Positions 51,344-64,000 of a stretch of 64,000 nt of DNA are shown in pieces. Positions within the stretch are counted from its first letter, which is position 1, and every line of letters begins with the position of its first letter. Position numbers and translations under genes: made by a program. The stretch comes from Octopus vulgaris (Eukaryota), in NCBI GenBank assembly GCA_951406725.2, contig OX597838.1:43152001-43216000 (forward strand), written 5' to 3'. The notes under the pieces were generated by a model. That model searched no databases and was not told where the DNA came from. It was given only the letters and a program-made list of their open reading frames with translations.

Positions 51344-52619
51344 TCTAGAAATGTATACAGAAATGGTGGTGCCCCAGCATGGCCACAGCTCGTGAGCTGA
51401 AACTAGATAAAATAAATAAAAATAAAATAAATATATATATTATGTATTCACACAGATGGAGTTTGGGAGTGTTTTGCTAATACAATCACTAGGGCTGTCA
51501 GTCATTTCTTGCAATTAGTCAAGTAATCAACTAATTGATCAATTGGTTCAGTTTGGGCGAGGCTCTTTCATCACATCCTTTTGGTAGAATGTTAGGAAGA
51601 TGGGTTGCAGGGGTGAGGTTTACCAGGGACAGATTGTGTGCAGGCCATAGACATAAACAACAAGCCTTTATGGCCATGGACCTTCCCAAGCACAGCAAAT
51701 TGCTAATCAACTCAGCCCTTCATCATCTTCTCTGAGAGGTTCAACATCCAAAGATCGTTTTTCACTACTTCATCCCACATCTTCATAGGTCTTCTTCTAC
51801 ATTTAGAGATCTGCACTTCCTTATGCATCACATGACCATTATGCATCACATGATCATACCAGTTCGGTCTTCTTTTCTGTTACCACAATGTTGTATTTTT
51901 ATGTATTGCATATTATTATTGTCTTGAAGTATTGAACTCCAAGGTCCAAAGTCTCCGAATGTAAGATGGTTGGAACTGTTAGCCCTCATATTGGACCTTC
52001 TCCATGAAGGGCCAGCTATTACTTTTTGTCCTGCCTCTACCTTAAAACCTTTTGGGTTGGATCTGTTGGTTGTGTGACCAACTGTTGGTATAGTCTTTAA
52101 ATCTTTCCCACCATAAATCAAATATTTTTTCCTTGCATGAATCTCAGGCAAAATTGATTTTTAAAATTCCCCCTTTAATAAATATGGTCCTATAAACTTA
52201 GTGAAATATGGATGTGTATGTTTATGGAAACACACATCATCATTTTACTTCTGATTTCCAGTTTTTCTATGTTTGAATCCTGAATGAGATTTCTTAAGGC
52301 CCTTTCTGTCATCAGTCCTCACTTGTTTCCAATGCTGGTTGGACATTCTTCTCACAGAATATTGGAAATGAATGACATCCATTCAAAGCAATATACAAAT
52401 ACTCATATAATAAGCTTCTTTTACTTTCCATCTGTCAATTCCACTTACACGTCTTTGGTCAGCTTGGAGTTGTAAAAAAATACTTGGCCTTGGTACCACA
52501 CAATGTCCTTGAAACCATATGGTTGGGACTGAACTTGAAACCATATGGTTGGGAAGCAGACTTCTTGACCACACAGCCAATACATATATATATTGTACGT
52601 TCCAGCTTCCAATCATTTC

Positions 52620-53780
52620 CATCACACACTCTGCCTTTCACTCTGAGCAGAAGTCCCTTTTTCTTAGTGGAGGTAATAATGTTCTGGACTTTTTTCAATT
52701 TATTTTTTCGAGATGATCTGCTTTCAGCTCACCCAGATATTACAAAAAAAACCCAAAAAAAACAAAACATTTTGGGTATTTTTAGGGAGCTTTTTGGGTG
52801 TTTGACAGAACCTGGTCCTTAATACTTGTTGTCCTTGTGCAGCTTCTGCTTATGAATTATGAAATCTCCCCCTTTCCTGCAGGCTGAGTGTGATCATTTC
52901 CTTAATGGTAAAAGTATTCTGTCTTCTCTCTTTCTTACTAATTCTTTAGTCATCACTCAGTTGATGCCTCTTCATTCAAGGTTTTGCTTCTATGAGTGGA
53001 ATCTCTTCTCCAAATTTACTCTAGGGTCAGCTAAAAGAACTAGGCCATCAGCACGGACAACTGGTCTGAAACTGACATAACTTGGAGGACTCTAATGAAC
53101 AGAAGTGACCTGAGGAATGAGTCCTGATGGACTCCTACCTGTGTGCTAAATTCATCACAGACCTCACTGCTAACTTTCACTTTGCTGACTGTTACCACCT
53201 GTATGGCCTTGCAAACCACTCAGTCTCCTAGTCTCCAACCAAATCAGAGAGTGCTAAACCCTATCAGAGCCTTCTCTTGATCAACAAATGTGATTAACCA
53301 TATGACCATTATGCAAGAATCTGTTTTTCCTCCAACCCTCTTGTCTCATATTTTAACCCTTCACTGCCAAGCTTTTTGACTTTTTCTGTGACTTTCATAA
53401 CATCATCTAACAGTTTGGCACCTGTAGATTGTGCATCTCATTTGCCCTTGTAGCAGTTTACAATGCTGCCACTGCGGTGCCACACCTGACTTGTTTTGCT
53501 GGTGACCAGCTCATCAGAAATTTTAAATATCTTAGCTGTAATTCTTGATGGATCTTGGAGCCTTCCCTACCTTCACATCCTTAATCACTCAATCCACCAT
53601 GCTGCTGTCAAGTTAAATGACTGGTCCCTCTGTTGGAGGTCTGCATTGGGTTGGCCCTTTTGTCCCATTCATTCTCTTCATTCAACAACATTTCATAGTA
53701 ACACTTCCCAAGCCCTTATTTGGTCTTGTCAATGCCATGTATCCTTTTATCACTTGCATGAACTAAATTGGTGCTTTGGT
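52620..53780 (-). mobile_element. Decayed RTE LINE
   Basis: Minus-strand nucleotide similarity to 28860-29940 (GVHQDS, ctcagagtgaaaggcaga). Confidence 0.65.
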
Positions 53781-55610
53781 ATATAGGAAGCAGTGAATAA
53801 CACATTCACTGATATTGCTGAATTCTTGCTGTGTTGTAAAAAACTCAGTGAATGCAACTGAAGTACCATTAAGTGAAAATCGCCATATATGTATCATACT
53901 AAATGTATATACACCATTGAAAAGTATGCGTGAAATGCATGTCACTCTCGTGAGTCACTGCTGCAAGGATGTTCGCCTCAACCCAACATGTATTGTGACT
54001 TTAATGCATATCTATGACGAGATTTTTCCCTCAGACAAAACCCACAGCATCATGCTTTTCAATGGTCTATATACATCAAGTATGATACGCCAATTGGTAG
54101 GTGTAGGGGGTGGAGAAGGTAAATCCAAACTGTCCCCAACACCTGTCACATAATTGTCGCTTAATTAGCAATTGATGTTGCTAAACCTCGAGTTGTATAG
54201 TTGCAGTCATCGAAATATCCATCAAATTCGATATGGGGCCAAGTGGATAATAATATACGTTGATGAATAAACTTTGCTAGTCGAGTACCATCCGCTTTAT
54301 GTCATTGGATACTATTGTTACAAGGCCTTCGAGGAAAGAAGCTATCCTGAAGCTGGCTCCGGTAAAAACCTGTTGTTATTTTTGAATATGTGGTGTAGTG
54401 TACGGTGACGCCTTCATTTCACTTCATTCATTTGTCGTCAACCGTTGCTGGTACCTACCGAGGTATAACACCCGGTTATTTTCGTGACTCCGACACAGTT
54501 CAACGAACACATTTTACCCCATTACACACACTGTTTCCATTTCCTCGCTCTACTGGTTTGTTGAGTAATAAACAAAAACAACGATCATTAATCGATAAAC
54601 CAAGAAACGTTCTTCTTTCTCACAGATATTTCTGGATACAGGAGGTCCGTAATGTTTTATTCAAGAACCTCTGCTGTCGGCAAGAGATTGCCGCCTTTTG
54701 GGTTTCGAGGCCCTAAACAAATACAAAGTAACTAAATTCAATGAATAATGAAAACCACCATTTGTTTTTATGTAACCTAGTGTCAGGTTTAATGTTATAT
54801 AAACTAGTGTCATGTTATGTAATAATACAGTCTGAGGTCGTTCCCTCTTCGCAGCGTTGATTGTTAAACGTGTTTCCGTTTATCTCGTAAACACGGGTTT
54901 ATTGTAAATAGCTCGGGCTCTCTCTCTCTCTGTATTGTTTTCTCACTCTCTCCATTTCTCTTATTCTTAATATTCTTCCTTCTCATCCAATTGTTTTCTT
55001 CTTATTCCCCTCCCTTAATAATATCACCATCTTTTCTAGTCTAGGCACAAGGCCCGAAATTTTTGGGGAGGTGGCCAGTCGATCAGATCGATCTCAGTAC
55101 GCAACTGGTACTTAATTTATCGACCCCAAAAGGATGAAAGACAAAGTCGACCTTGGCGGAACCTCCCTAAATAATATTTAAAATGCCAACTTGGGACAGT
55201 TATTTATAACTTAAAACTTTCTTTATGGTTGAGCATCTGAATGCAAGTGGAACGCCTATAGCTGGGCTCCAATCTGCCATAGGAACGCCCATAGGAACTT
55301 TATTATAAACTCGTGGTTGTCCTTGTCTGGGCTAACTTCGCGTTTTGTTCAAAGATTTCTTTTAGTCAGGAGAGAAAGCAGAGCCCTTAACCCAGTTTCG
55401 GGTTCTCGAAGCAAGAAAAAGGTTTCCTCAAATCGCAGACTTTCGTCCGAATGATTGTATCAAATTGAATTGCGCTAAAGGAATCCCTACCCTGAAGGTA
55501 CCGCCAAGTAGGCCATGGGTGGGATTTTAACTCAGAATGTAAACAGCCGAAGCAAATACCGCAAGGCATCTGGTTCGACATTCTTGCACTTCTACCAACC
55601 CACTGTCTTT

Positions 55611-56003
55611 GGTTAATTATCTAGTTAAAGCCCGGACACCAACCTCCCCCCCCCCCAAAAAAAAAACAAGTGTAAGAGGTGTACAAAATTGTGTATTAAA
55701 CGAATATGAGAGCAAAAATTTGCACCAACGAACCGGGGATGAGAAGAGGACTTTCGGAAAATTCACACGATCCGATTTTTTTCCTCTTAAATTTCAGAAA
55801 AATGGATTTCTTTTAATGAAATTTTATATAGATACCTTTCAAACGGCATAGATTACGATTATAAAGAAATACACACACACATCTATCTATCTATACATAC
55901 ATATACACACGCACACACAGATATATATACATACACACATATATACATATATATGCACACACACACCCACATATACATATATACGCACACACATACAGAC
56001 ATA

Positions 56004-56036
<33 letters not shown>

Positions 56037-56267
56037 CTCCCAATCGGAGGAAGAAGTAATCTTCTAAGGTATTTTCAATGTTTTTTGTTCTTTCACCTTT
56101 ACTTTGATTTCTACCCCCAGAAAGAAAACTCCATGGAATTCCATGGGGTACGGTACCCGATTCAGTCCCACTGCGTGGCATCTTGGGCAAGTGTCTTCTG
56201 CTATAGCCCCGGGCCGACCAATGCCTTGTGAGTGGATTTGGTAGACGGAAACTGAAAGAAGCCTGTC

Positions 56268-56346
<79 letters not shown>

Positions 56347-56381
56347 TGTAGTATGTATGTATGTATGTATGTATGTATGTA

Positions 56382-56419
<38 letters not shown>

Positions 56420-57030
56420 TAGCATTGCTTGACAACCGATGCTGGTGTGTTTACGTCCCCGTCACTTAGCGGTTGGGCAAAAGAGACCGATAGAATAAGT
56501 ACTGGGCTTACAAAGAATAAGTCCCGGGGTCGATTTGCTCGACTAAAGGCGGTGCTCCAGCATGGCCGCAGTCAAATGACTGAAACAAGTAAAAAGAGAG
56601 AGTATATATATATATTTGTCTATGTATATATATTTGTGTATGTGTGTATGTATATATATATATATATATTTGTGTATATATATATATATATATTTGTATG
56701 TATGTATATATATGTGTGTATGTATATAATGTATATATATGTGTGTGTGTATATATGTATGTGAGTATATATATATATACTGTGTTTTTCTTTATTATCA
56801 TAATCTATACCGTTTGAAAGGTATTTATATAAAATTTCATTAATGGGTACCCATTTTCCTGAAAGTTATGAGGGGAAAAATCGGATCGTGTGAATTTTCC
56901 GAAAGTCCTCTCTCCATCATCCGGTTCATTTGCACAAATTTTTGATTTCATATTCGTTTGATACACATTTTTTTACACCTCTTACACTTGTTTTTGTTTT
57001 GGTGGCCGGGTTTTAAGCTAGAAATAAACC
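55611..57030. mobile_element. Non-autonomous DNA transposon with ~250-bp TIRs and 8-bp TSD (Merlin- or Mutator-like)
   Basis: 55611-55870 is inverted at about 56785-57030; GGTT..AACC ends; flanks ctgtcttt (55603-55610) and ctgtcttc (57031-57038). Confidence 0.75.
56150..56600 (+). mobile_element. SINE family A, young and 5'-truncated
   Basis: Copy that retains CpGs, nested in the TIR element. Confidence 0.85.
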
Positions 57031-57162
57031 CTGTCTTCGAGTGTTTCTTTTTGATCGACCCCTCCCACTCCGCGAAAAAAGAATCGACTCTCGGCCGTAC
57101 ATTGAACCCGCAGCGCTGATAACAAAGACTTCATCTTCATGTAATATAACTTTTAGACACAC

Positions 57163-57823
57163 ATCATCATCATCATTGTTCGACCGTGGTCGAGACAATG
57201 GAATTTACCATGTTGCGCCAGACTTCACGGTCCATCATAGCATTACGGAGGTCCTGTTGCTGGATGCCTGTATCCCTGGAGATTACATCAGGGTAGGAGA
57301 GTGTGTCCCCTCTGGTGTTGCGAGTAGATGGCTTCCAGAGGAGAAGAGTAGAAATTACTTCTTTTTCAGCTCTACAACAATGTCCAGCAAACTGGACTCT
57401 CTTACCTTTCACAAGAGATGACACAGGTGGTAATTTCCCATATATTTGCATTTTAGTTGGATGGCGCCTCCACGAGAGATTTTGAGCTCTCATAAGGAGG
57501 CGAGTGTAGGTTCCATCCAACCACCTCTCAAGCTTCTTTGATAACGTCCAGGTTTCTGAGCCATATAGTAGGATTGGTTCGACTGTGGCTTTGAATATTT
57601 CAAGTTTGAAGTCTCCACTTAGATTTGATGACCAGATCTTATGCATGTCATTACAGGCTGACCAGGCCATACCCTTTCTAGTTAGAAGGTCTTTTCCAGA
57701 TGATGATATGTATGACCCAAGATATTTATAATCAGAAACCATATTTAAAGGTGCACTGTTGAGAGTATGGATGATGCAATCACTGTTGGACAGGCACTTG
57801 TTTATGTATTCAGTTTTGGTCAT
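57163..57823 (-). mobile_element. RTE-like LINE 3' fragment (second family) with an open 216-aa C-terminal frame
   Basis: KTEYI..DYKYLGSYI..IFKATVEPILLYGSETWTL..FAGHCCR..AMMDREVWR, ending directly in a (TGA)n tail. Confidence 0.9.
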
Positions 57824-58529
57824 ATGATCAAGCAGACATATAAATCAAAACACATTCCATCCATGACATTCCGTCGCGAATATGATTCGAGGGATAGAGA
57901 CTCTCCATCCCACGTGTCTCAGCATTTGAGCGACTGTTAGTTTCTATTTCTATTCGCGCCATCCACATAGAGGCTTCTTCGTTGACTCGGGGCTAAAAAT
58001 TGCTGCTGTTAAATAGCAATTTCCATACAGAACCTGAATAAACAAACTGATAAATGATTTAAAACATTCCAGCCATGACCATCCCATAATTTTATCATTA
58101 TCTAAAGCTTGTAACTTCTTTTATTACTAATTTCTAGGTAAAAAAAAAATGAATGCCATTTTCGTCACCAGCAGGTAAAAAAACATCAAAACTACACTAA
58201 AAAAATAATCAGGTGAAAATTGAAAACCTTCAAATGGTTGGAAGAAATTAACAAGATCCCGTCTTTCCTTCTTTTAGATTAGGGTGTAATTCGAGGACGA
58301 TTTGGCTGCTATTTCTAGCATGCCCAGCGACTGCGGATCTCCCCTCACCACCACCGAAAATAGTTTGTGTATATTGTAAATAAGATTATTTTGGGAAAGT
58401 CATTTTCGTAGAAATTAGGGTTAATTAGTTTATTGTCCTGTAGTTAGTAATTAAATACTACAATTTATATTTGTTGCGTACGTGACCAGCACACACATAT
58501 AATGTGTGTATTGTGTGTGTGTATGTATA

Positions 58530-59546
58530 TCTTTATATATATAAAACTGAGAATGTGTGTCTGTCTGTGTGTTTCCCTAAAACTTGAGAACTACTCAACC
58601 AATTTCATTCAAATTTTACACATGCCTTATTTAGGGTCCATGTAGTTTCGTGGGCAAAAAGAAAATGTTCAACTTCTTGCCTAGAGCGAGCCCATAGCAA
58701 TATCATATCTTCTCCACTATTTCAGTATTACGTGTTAAAAGTGAAACAAAAACATTTCTCTATTTTATGTCAGATATTTTCACTTTAACAATAAAAATAA
58801 TAATAACAATTGAATTATATGTAGTAAGTAATAATTAAAATCAAACTAAAGTATAATATAATCGTAACATAACAAAAGTAAAAATAGCAATTGGTATAAA
58901 ATTGCATCAATTGAATAAGTGGTTTTACATGAATGGAAATAAATTAAAAATAAAATTAGCGTGCAGAAATGGAATAGTCCAGATGGATAATAAAAAATTA
59001 AATTAAAGAAAACACTATTGTCTATAAAGTATACAATGTAGAGAAAAATATTTGAACACCTGGAGGAAAGCACCTTCGAAAAGTGTCTTGGTCCGACTAT
59101 GAAAGGTATCTAATCAGAGGCGGTAAATTCGCCACAATAGAAGCTAGGTTCGAGTCAACGGAGCGTGCAAGGGAGTACTCGACTCGAACTTGCAAAGTGG
59201 AAATATTTTATTTTTACCTTTATATCTGGGACGTAGGACGTCCCGGAAAAAAAATTTAAATGTCCCCCCAGAAGTAGAGGTAGGCTGGATTGTAGCCACA
59301 CTTCTATACAAGAAGGAGGACAAGATACAATTGATCGAAATTACAAGAGACGGGCCTACAATTCCAGTCTGTTATATATTTTGAGTATTGTTATCACTAG
59401 CGATATCAAGATATAACTTTTTATTTTGTATTTTATGTGTAGATGTATATATATATATATATGTACATGTAATATGTACACATATATATACACATATATA
59501 CATGCACTAGCACTATGAGCCGGCAACGACGGGTCTTTAATGCTAG
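58530..59546 (+). mobile_element. Non-autonomous Helitron with an internal foreign fragment
   Basis: A|TCTTTATATATATAAAA start; ccggcaacgacggg..gCTAG|T end. Confidence 0.75.
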
Positions 59547-59587
<41 letters not shown>

Positions 59588-59715
59588 AAATGTTGCTTTC
59601 TCTGGGACTTTTCCGCCTTCAATGATTTGTTTATTCAACCAATGAAGTTTACTCTCTCCCACCATAAGTAAATGTTTCTTTTTCTTGTTTTTCTTACAAA
59701 TTGATAAACAATACC

Positions 59716-59778
<63 letters not shown>

Positions 59779-60060
59779 TCTTAAGCAAGAATATTATTGA
59801 CAACGACTTGGAAATCTTGGCCGATGCCTTTCGAAGACACTTCGAAGTCACTGTCAGTAATATTCGTGTTTAAAAATAATAAATTTGTACTCTACAAAAA
59901 ATATAGAGCAACCCAGCAGATTATGAATGTGAAATTGTTTTTCTTTTTATAACTGAATATAAAACAAACATATCTGTGTTATGTATATGTGCGTGTGTAT
60001 ATATATATATATGTAATGTGTATCTGTATACACAGTGTATGTGTATGTATATATATATAT

Positions 60061-60103
<43 letters not shown>

Positions 60104-60184
60104 CATACATATATATATATACATACATATATATATAAACACACACACATATATGTGTGTGTGTGTCTGTATACACAGTGTATG

Positions 60185-60217
<33 letters not shown>

Positions 60218-62179
60218 GTATATATATATGTATATATACACACATACATACATACATACACACGTGTGTGTGCGTGTGTAGTTTCTCACGGTTTTCCTGT
60301 GAATTCCTGGCTGCAATTAGTTTTGCTGCTGCCACTTCTACAACTTACCAACAGAGGAGCCTCTAGGTGGCATCTCAACCTGCTAGGAATAACAGCTAAA
60401 TAATCCTAAAATCATGCTATACCCTCTTAAAAAAATAAGGAATACATATCGGACAACGTAATCGGTTAATCTTAGATACACCGTGCTTAAGAAAATAATA
60501 ATGATAATAAAGTGTGTTGTGGGGGGAAGGTTTATTGATCGAAAGGTCTCTTAGGACTGACCTAGGGCTAAATAACCACCATCATTGTTTTCTTTACTTT
60601 TTAATTCTAATTTCTTACTGATTTACTTCCATTAACGGGAACAGAGAAAGATCGCTTTCAAAGCTTAATTTAACCATTAACTAATTACCGCTATTTTAAT
60701 GAAGTTTATAATTTATCTGGATGTGAAATGTTGAATGTATTTATTTGAGTCTGAAAAAAAAAAGGAAGAAAAGTTTGTCCTTGTTTATAAATAAGGTGGC
60801 CACCACAACATGGTGCCCCTCCCCCTTGTTAAACATTCGAGAAAGGAATGGCAGACACTTCAGAGCGTCGAACAAAATATTTTGCAGTTATTTACGTACG
60901 GCGCTTTAAAGCTCCGAGTTCAAATCCTGCCGAAACCAAATTTGTTTTTAATCTTTTCGGAGTCGAATAAATAAAGGGGTAAAGTGGTCCCTTTGGTACA
61001 AAACAGACGGCACCACATACTAAACGATATGCTACATTCATCTAGTTTATAAAAATAAATCACCATTTTACATAAGTGATTGCTATGATTATTAATTAAA
61101 CCGAGTTAATTAGCGTTTTATTGTATATTTTATAGTCATAAAAACAGCTCACTTAAGAATTTTTGCAGACACTTGGGGATTCCATATGTATTGAATAAAT
61201 AACAATTTCTGACCCGACGAGGGGGACCTGTTATTAATAACACTAATTAAACCGACCTAATTACCATTTTATTGTATATTTTGTAAATAATCAAACACCA
61301 TAATTTCGGCTTTTTGTTGACATTCATGGATTCCATCATGTTTCAATGTTGTCCTTTCCGTTTCGGAAGGAGGTCGTTCTTTTCGTACAAACTGGGCATT
61401 TTTACTCGTTAAGGTCCCGTCAAGTACTGAGGTGAATGACATCGGCAAACGCCTTGTACTTAAACCAGAAACTATAATTGAATTTTATATAATTTCGTTT
61501 GTTTTTGGCCACATTTAGCCCGGAGATCTTTGATAGGGAGCTGGGTGGTGATGCTAGAGTAAATAGTGTCTTAATTTTAGCTTCTTTCTTTAGCACTAAA
61601 ATGGATGAGATATAATTCTCAGCATAAAATCTGAAAGATGCCACCGGCCAGCCTGTCTTAAGAAGCTTTTACCACGCTTGTTTGTTTATTTCGTTACTTG
61701 AACGTTAGTTATTTCGGTGTCCCGCCCAGAGAAAGCAGACTTAGTGGAACATCCGCAAAGGATTTTGAAATACTTTATCCACTTGGATTATTATCTTACA
61801 TCAGATTTATTGGAGGGAGGTGCGGAGAAGAGATGTGACGTTAATGTCTTTCCCAAGAGCGTTAACAGAGCGTAGATGAAATGGCTTTCGGGATGGGCTG
61901 GCATCCCTCTCTTGAAGTACATCCAATTTAGGCTCAATAGTTCAGGTACTTAAAGGGAGAATGCCTGTTGATTTTACGAGAAATATTTGATAATATTTAT
62001 TATTAATACAACAAACTGCATACTATAATAAATAATTATATTTTATTTTTGCATCAATTTATTATTATTATTGTTATTATTATCCCTTAATCAAACTAGT
62101 TTTAACTTTCATAAATATGGTTTTAGTCCTAGTATTTTGTCTCTGTTAAATTTTTTATTTAACCATTTGTGATTCTAGT

Positions 62180-62343
62180 TTTGGTTTCAGTTCCACTACT
62201 TGGCACTTCGGACAAATGTCTTCTATTATTGCTCAGGGCTGACCAAAGCCTCGTGAATGAATCTGCTTGCTAGAAAATTAAAGAAGTTTGTGTGTGTTGT
62301 GTTGTGTGTGTGTGTGTATGTGTGTGTGTGTGTGTGTGTTGTG

Positions 62344-62384
<41 letters not shown>

Positions 62385-62585
62385 TCCTTGTTTTGACATC
62401 ATGAAATGATTTTAAATGAGCAACAACATCATTATAATAACAATGTCATTTGTTTCCTGTGTTTCTGGTCATGAGGTAACCTTGTTCAGAAAGAGATGAG
62501 GGTTAGTGACAGGAAGGATTTTGGTCATACAAAATCTGCCTGAACAAAATCCTTCAGAACCTTGCCAGCCGGGAAAATTGGGCAT
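62180..62585 (+). mobile_element. SINE with RTE-like tail, decayed
   Basis: Family A head, (TG)n, gagggttagtgacaggaagg. Confidence 0.7.
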
Positions 62586-64000
62586 TAAAACAATTATATT
62601 GAAATAATATGAAAATTGGGTGGGGGAGTTTAAAAAGTGCAAACAAACGAGATCGGTAATTAAATAAAGGTATGCACATCTCCTTAATTATACATTGCTC
62701 TAGTTGACACCTCAAAACAATTATTGCATTATCACAGGTGATATTGGTGAGGCTGAGGCTCTGGGATAGACTGTTACATTCCTGAACATCATCCGACGTT
62801 TGTAGGGGCTGGATTGCTAACATCCACGTAAGTTGTCTTGCTTCCCTGAATACCTTGAAATTCACAGGTGGCAAAATATAACTTACTGACAGATTACAAT
62901 ATTTCAGTGTCCTGTTCCATTTATCTACTGATGTAGTGCCCCCACCATCCCACTTTGGGCCTCCACTACAGCATTAAGGACAAATGAACAGGATAAGGCA
63001 TTGAAATATGATTTCTCTGTTAATTATATCACATGGAACGGATGAGTCATAAACTGTGAGGTCCTTTATGAGGCATCTGATTGTAGTCTAAGGGGCAAAA
63101 AGGGACTTGATGAGGTCATTCATTGGTCCCTGGATACCCCATTCTGGTAACAGAATCGAGGGTGCACTTACACAGGTTGGAGCTTGTTTAATGATTTAAA
63201 ATGATTCCATTGTGGTGTGTGTGGTTTGCATTTAGTTGATGTCAATCCATGGAGACTCCTGGAATTGAGGGACTTCCCATAATGATGCCTCATTCTTCAA
63301 CATACCTCAGTTCTGACTCTGGAGGCAATGGACATATGAAGCTTATCCAGGATAATTAAACCACTGATGTTTGCCCAACACAAAGGGTTAACCCAATCTC
63401 ATGAAAGGGTTAACCCAATCTCATGAAAGTTGGTAGCACCTTGAGTGCTGATCAGATAAATCAAGAGAAGTGTTCTTGGCAACATCTGTTCTATTTTGTC
63501 ATTAGTTTTTGTAAAACACAAAATTTACCATTATGATTCTTATCATTGTAGTTAGTTATTTATTTCAGTTTTTTTTTTCATATGATATACTTGGAGACAT
63601 CATTAGCATGGTTTCCTAGGGTTATAGGGCATTTATTGATCCTTCATCAATCACACACCATCACTCTGATATCTCTGTCAGAATTGGCTAACGTCCAGTT
63701 TGTGTCCAGATAGCACTACCACTCCTACGGCTCACACCTCCTGCAGTACAACCACCGTGAAGCAACCTCTGCAGAAGGACTGATGCTGAAGACCCTGCAT
63801 TCCACCTTCATGGGATCACACCTTGTTTTGTCCTTGGTACCTACCCTCGGTTCTATTACACAAATCTGCTATTTTTAAAGCAATATGGATTAAAATCTTC
63901 CTTCAAAATTCCTGCTTCATGTAGCAGCTTAATAATGAGAAAATCATTTTTCTAAATTCATTATTATTTTCTACGTTGAGACAAGGCAGAGTATTTCAAG

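Noticed and set aside
62740-63860. Possible decayed LINE endonuclease region, with a short tandem duplication near 63382-63430
   Set aside because: Only faint motif resemblance (THHNGIIL); too weak to call.

Overview
Repeat-saturated, AT-rich eukaryotic DNA. The repeat landscape (tRNA-head SINEs with microsatellite middles, Nin-domain SINEs, RTE 3' tails ending (GAT)n, dense (TA)n/(CA)n/(TACA)n) suggests an octopus or other cephalopod genome; this is an inference. No intact host protein-coding gene can be shown, and nearly all ORFs in the track are microsatellite or SINE artefacts. Recognisable content: decayed RTE and CR1 LINEs (best copy 28851-30920, with a PHD-like Cys finger after the RT), mariner remnants, three non-autonomous Helitrons, several MITE families, and fragments of three types of Penelope-like element (PLE). 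A CpG-rich region at about 32.8-34.2 kb looks like a bidirectional promoter with two divergent splice donors. Main leads: (i) several fold-back elements carrying decayed minimal hammerhead ribozyme motifs with palindromic stem III; (ii) a Naiad-like PLE RT fragment with TGA at the conserved Cys of GIPMGxNC, a possible selenocysteine relic; (iii) a ~555-bp element in two inverted copies whose 5' end can be folded as an HDV-like ribozyme. All alignments, folds and translations were done by eye, so boundaries are approximate.
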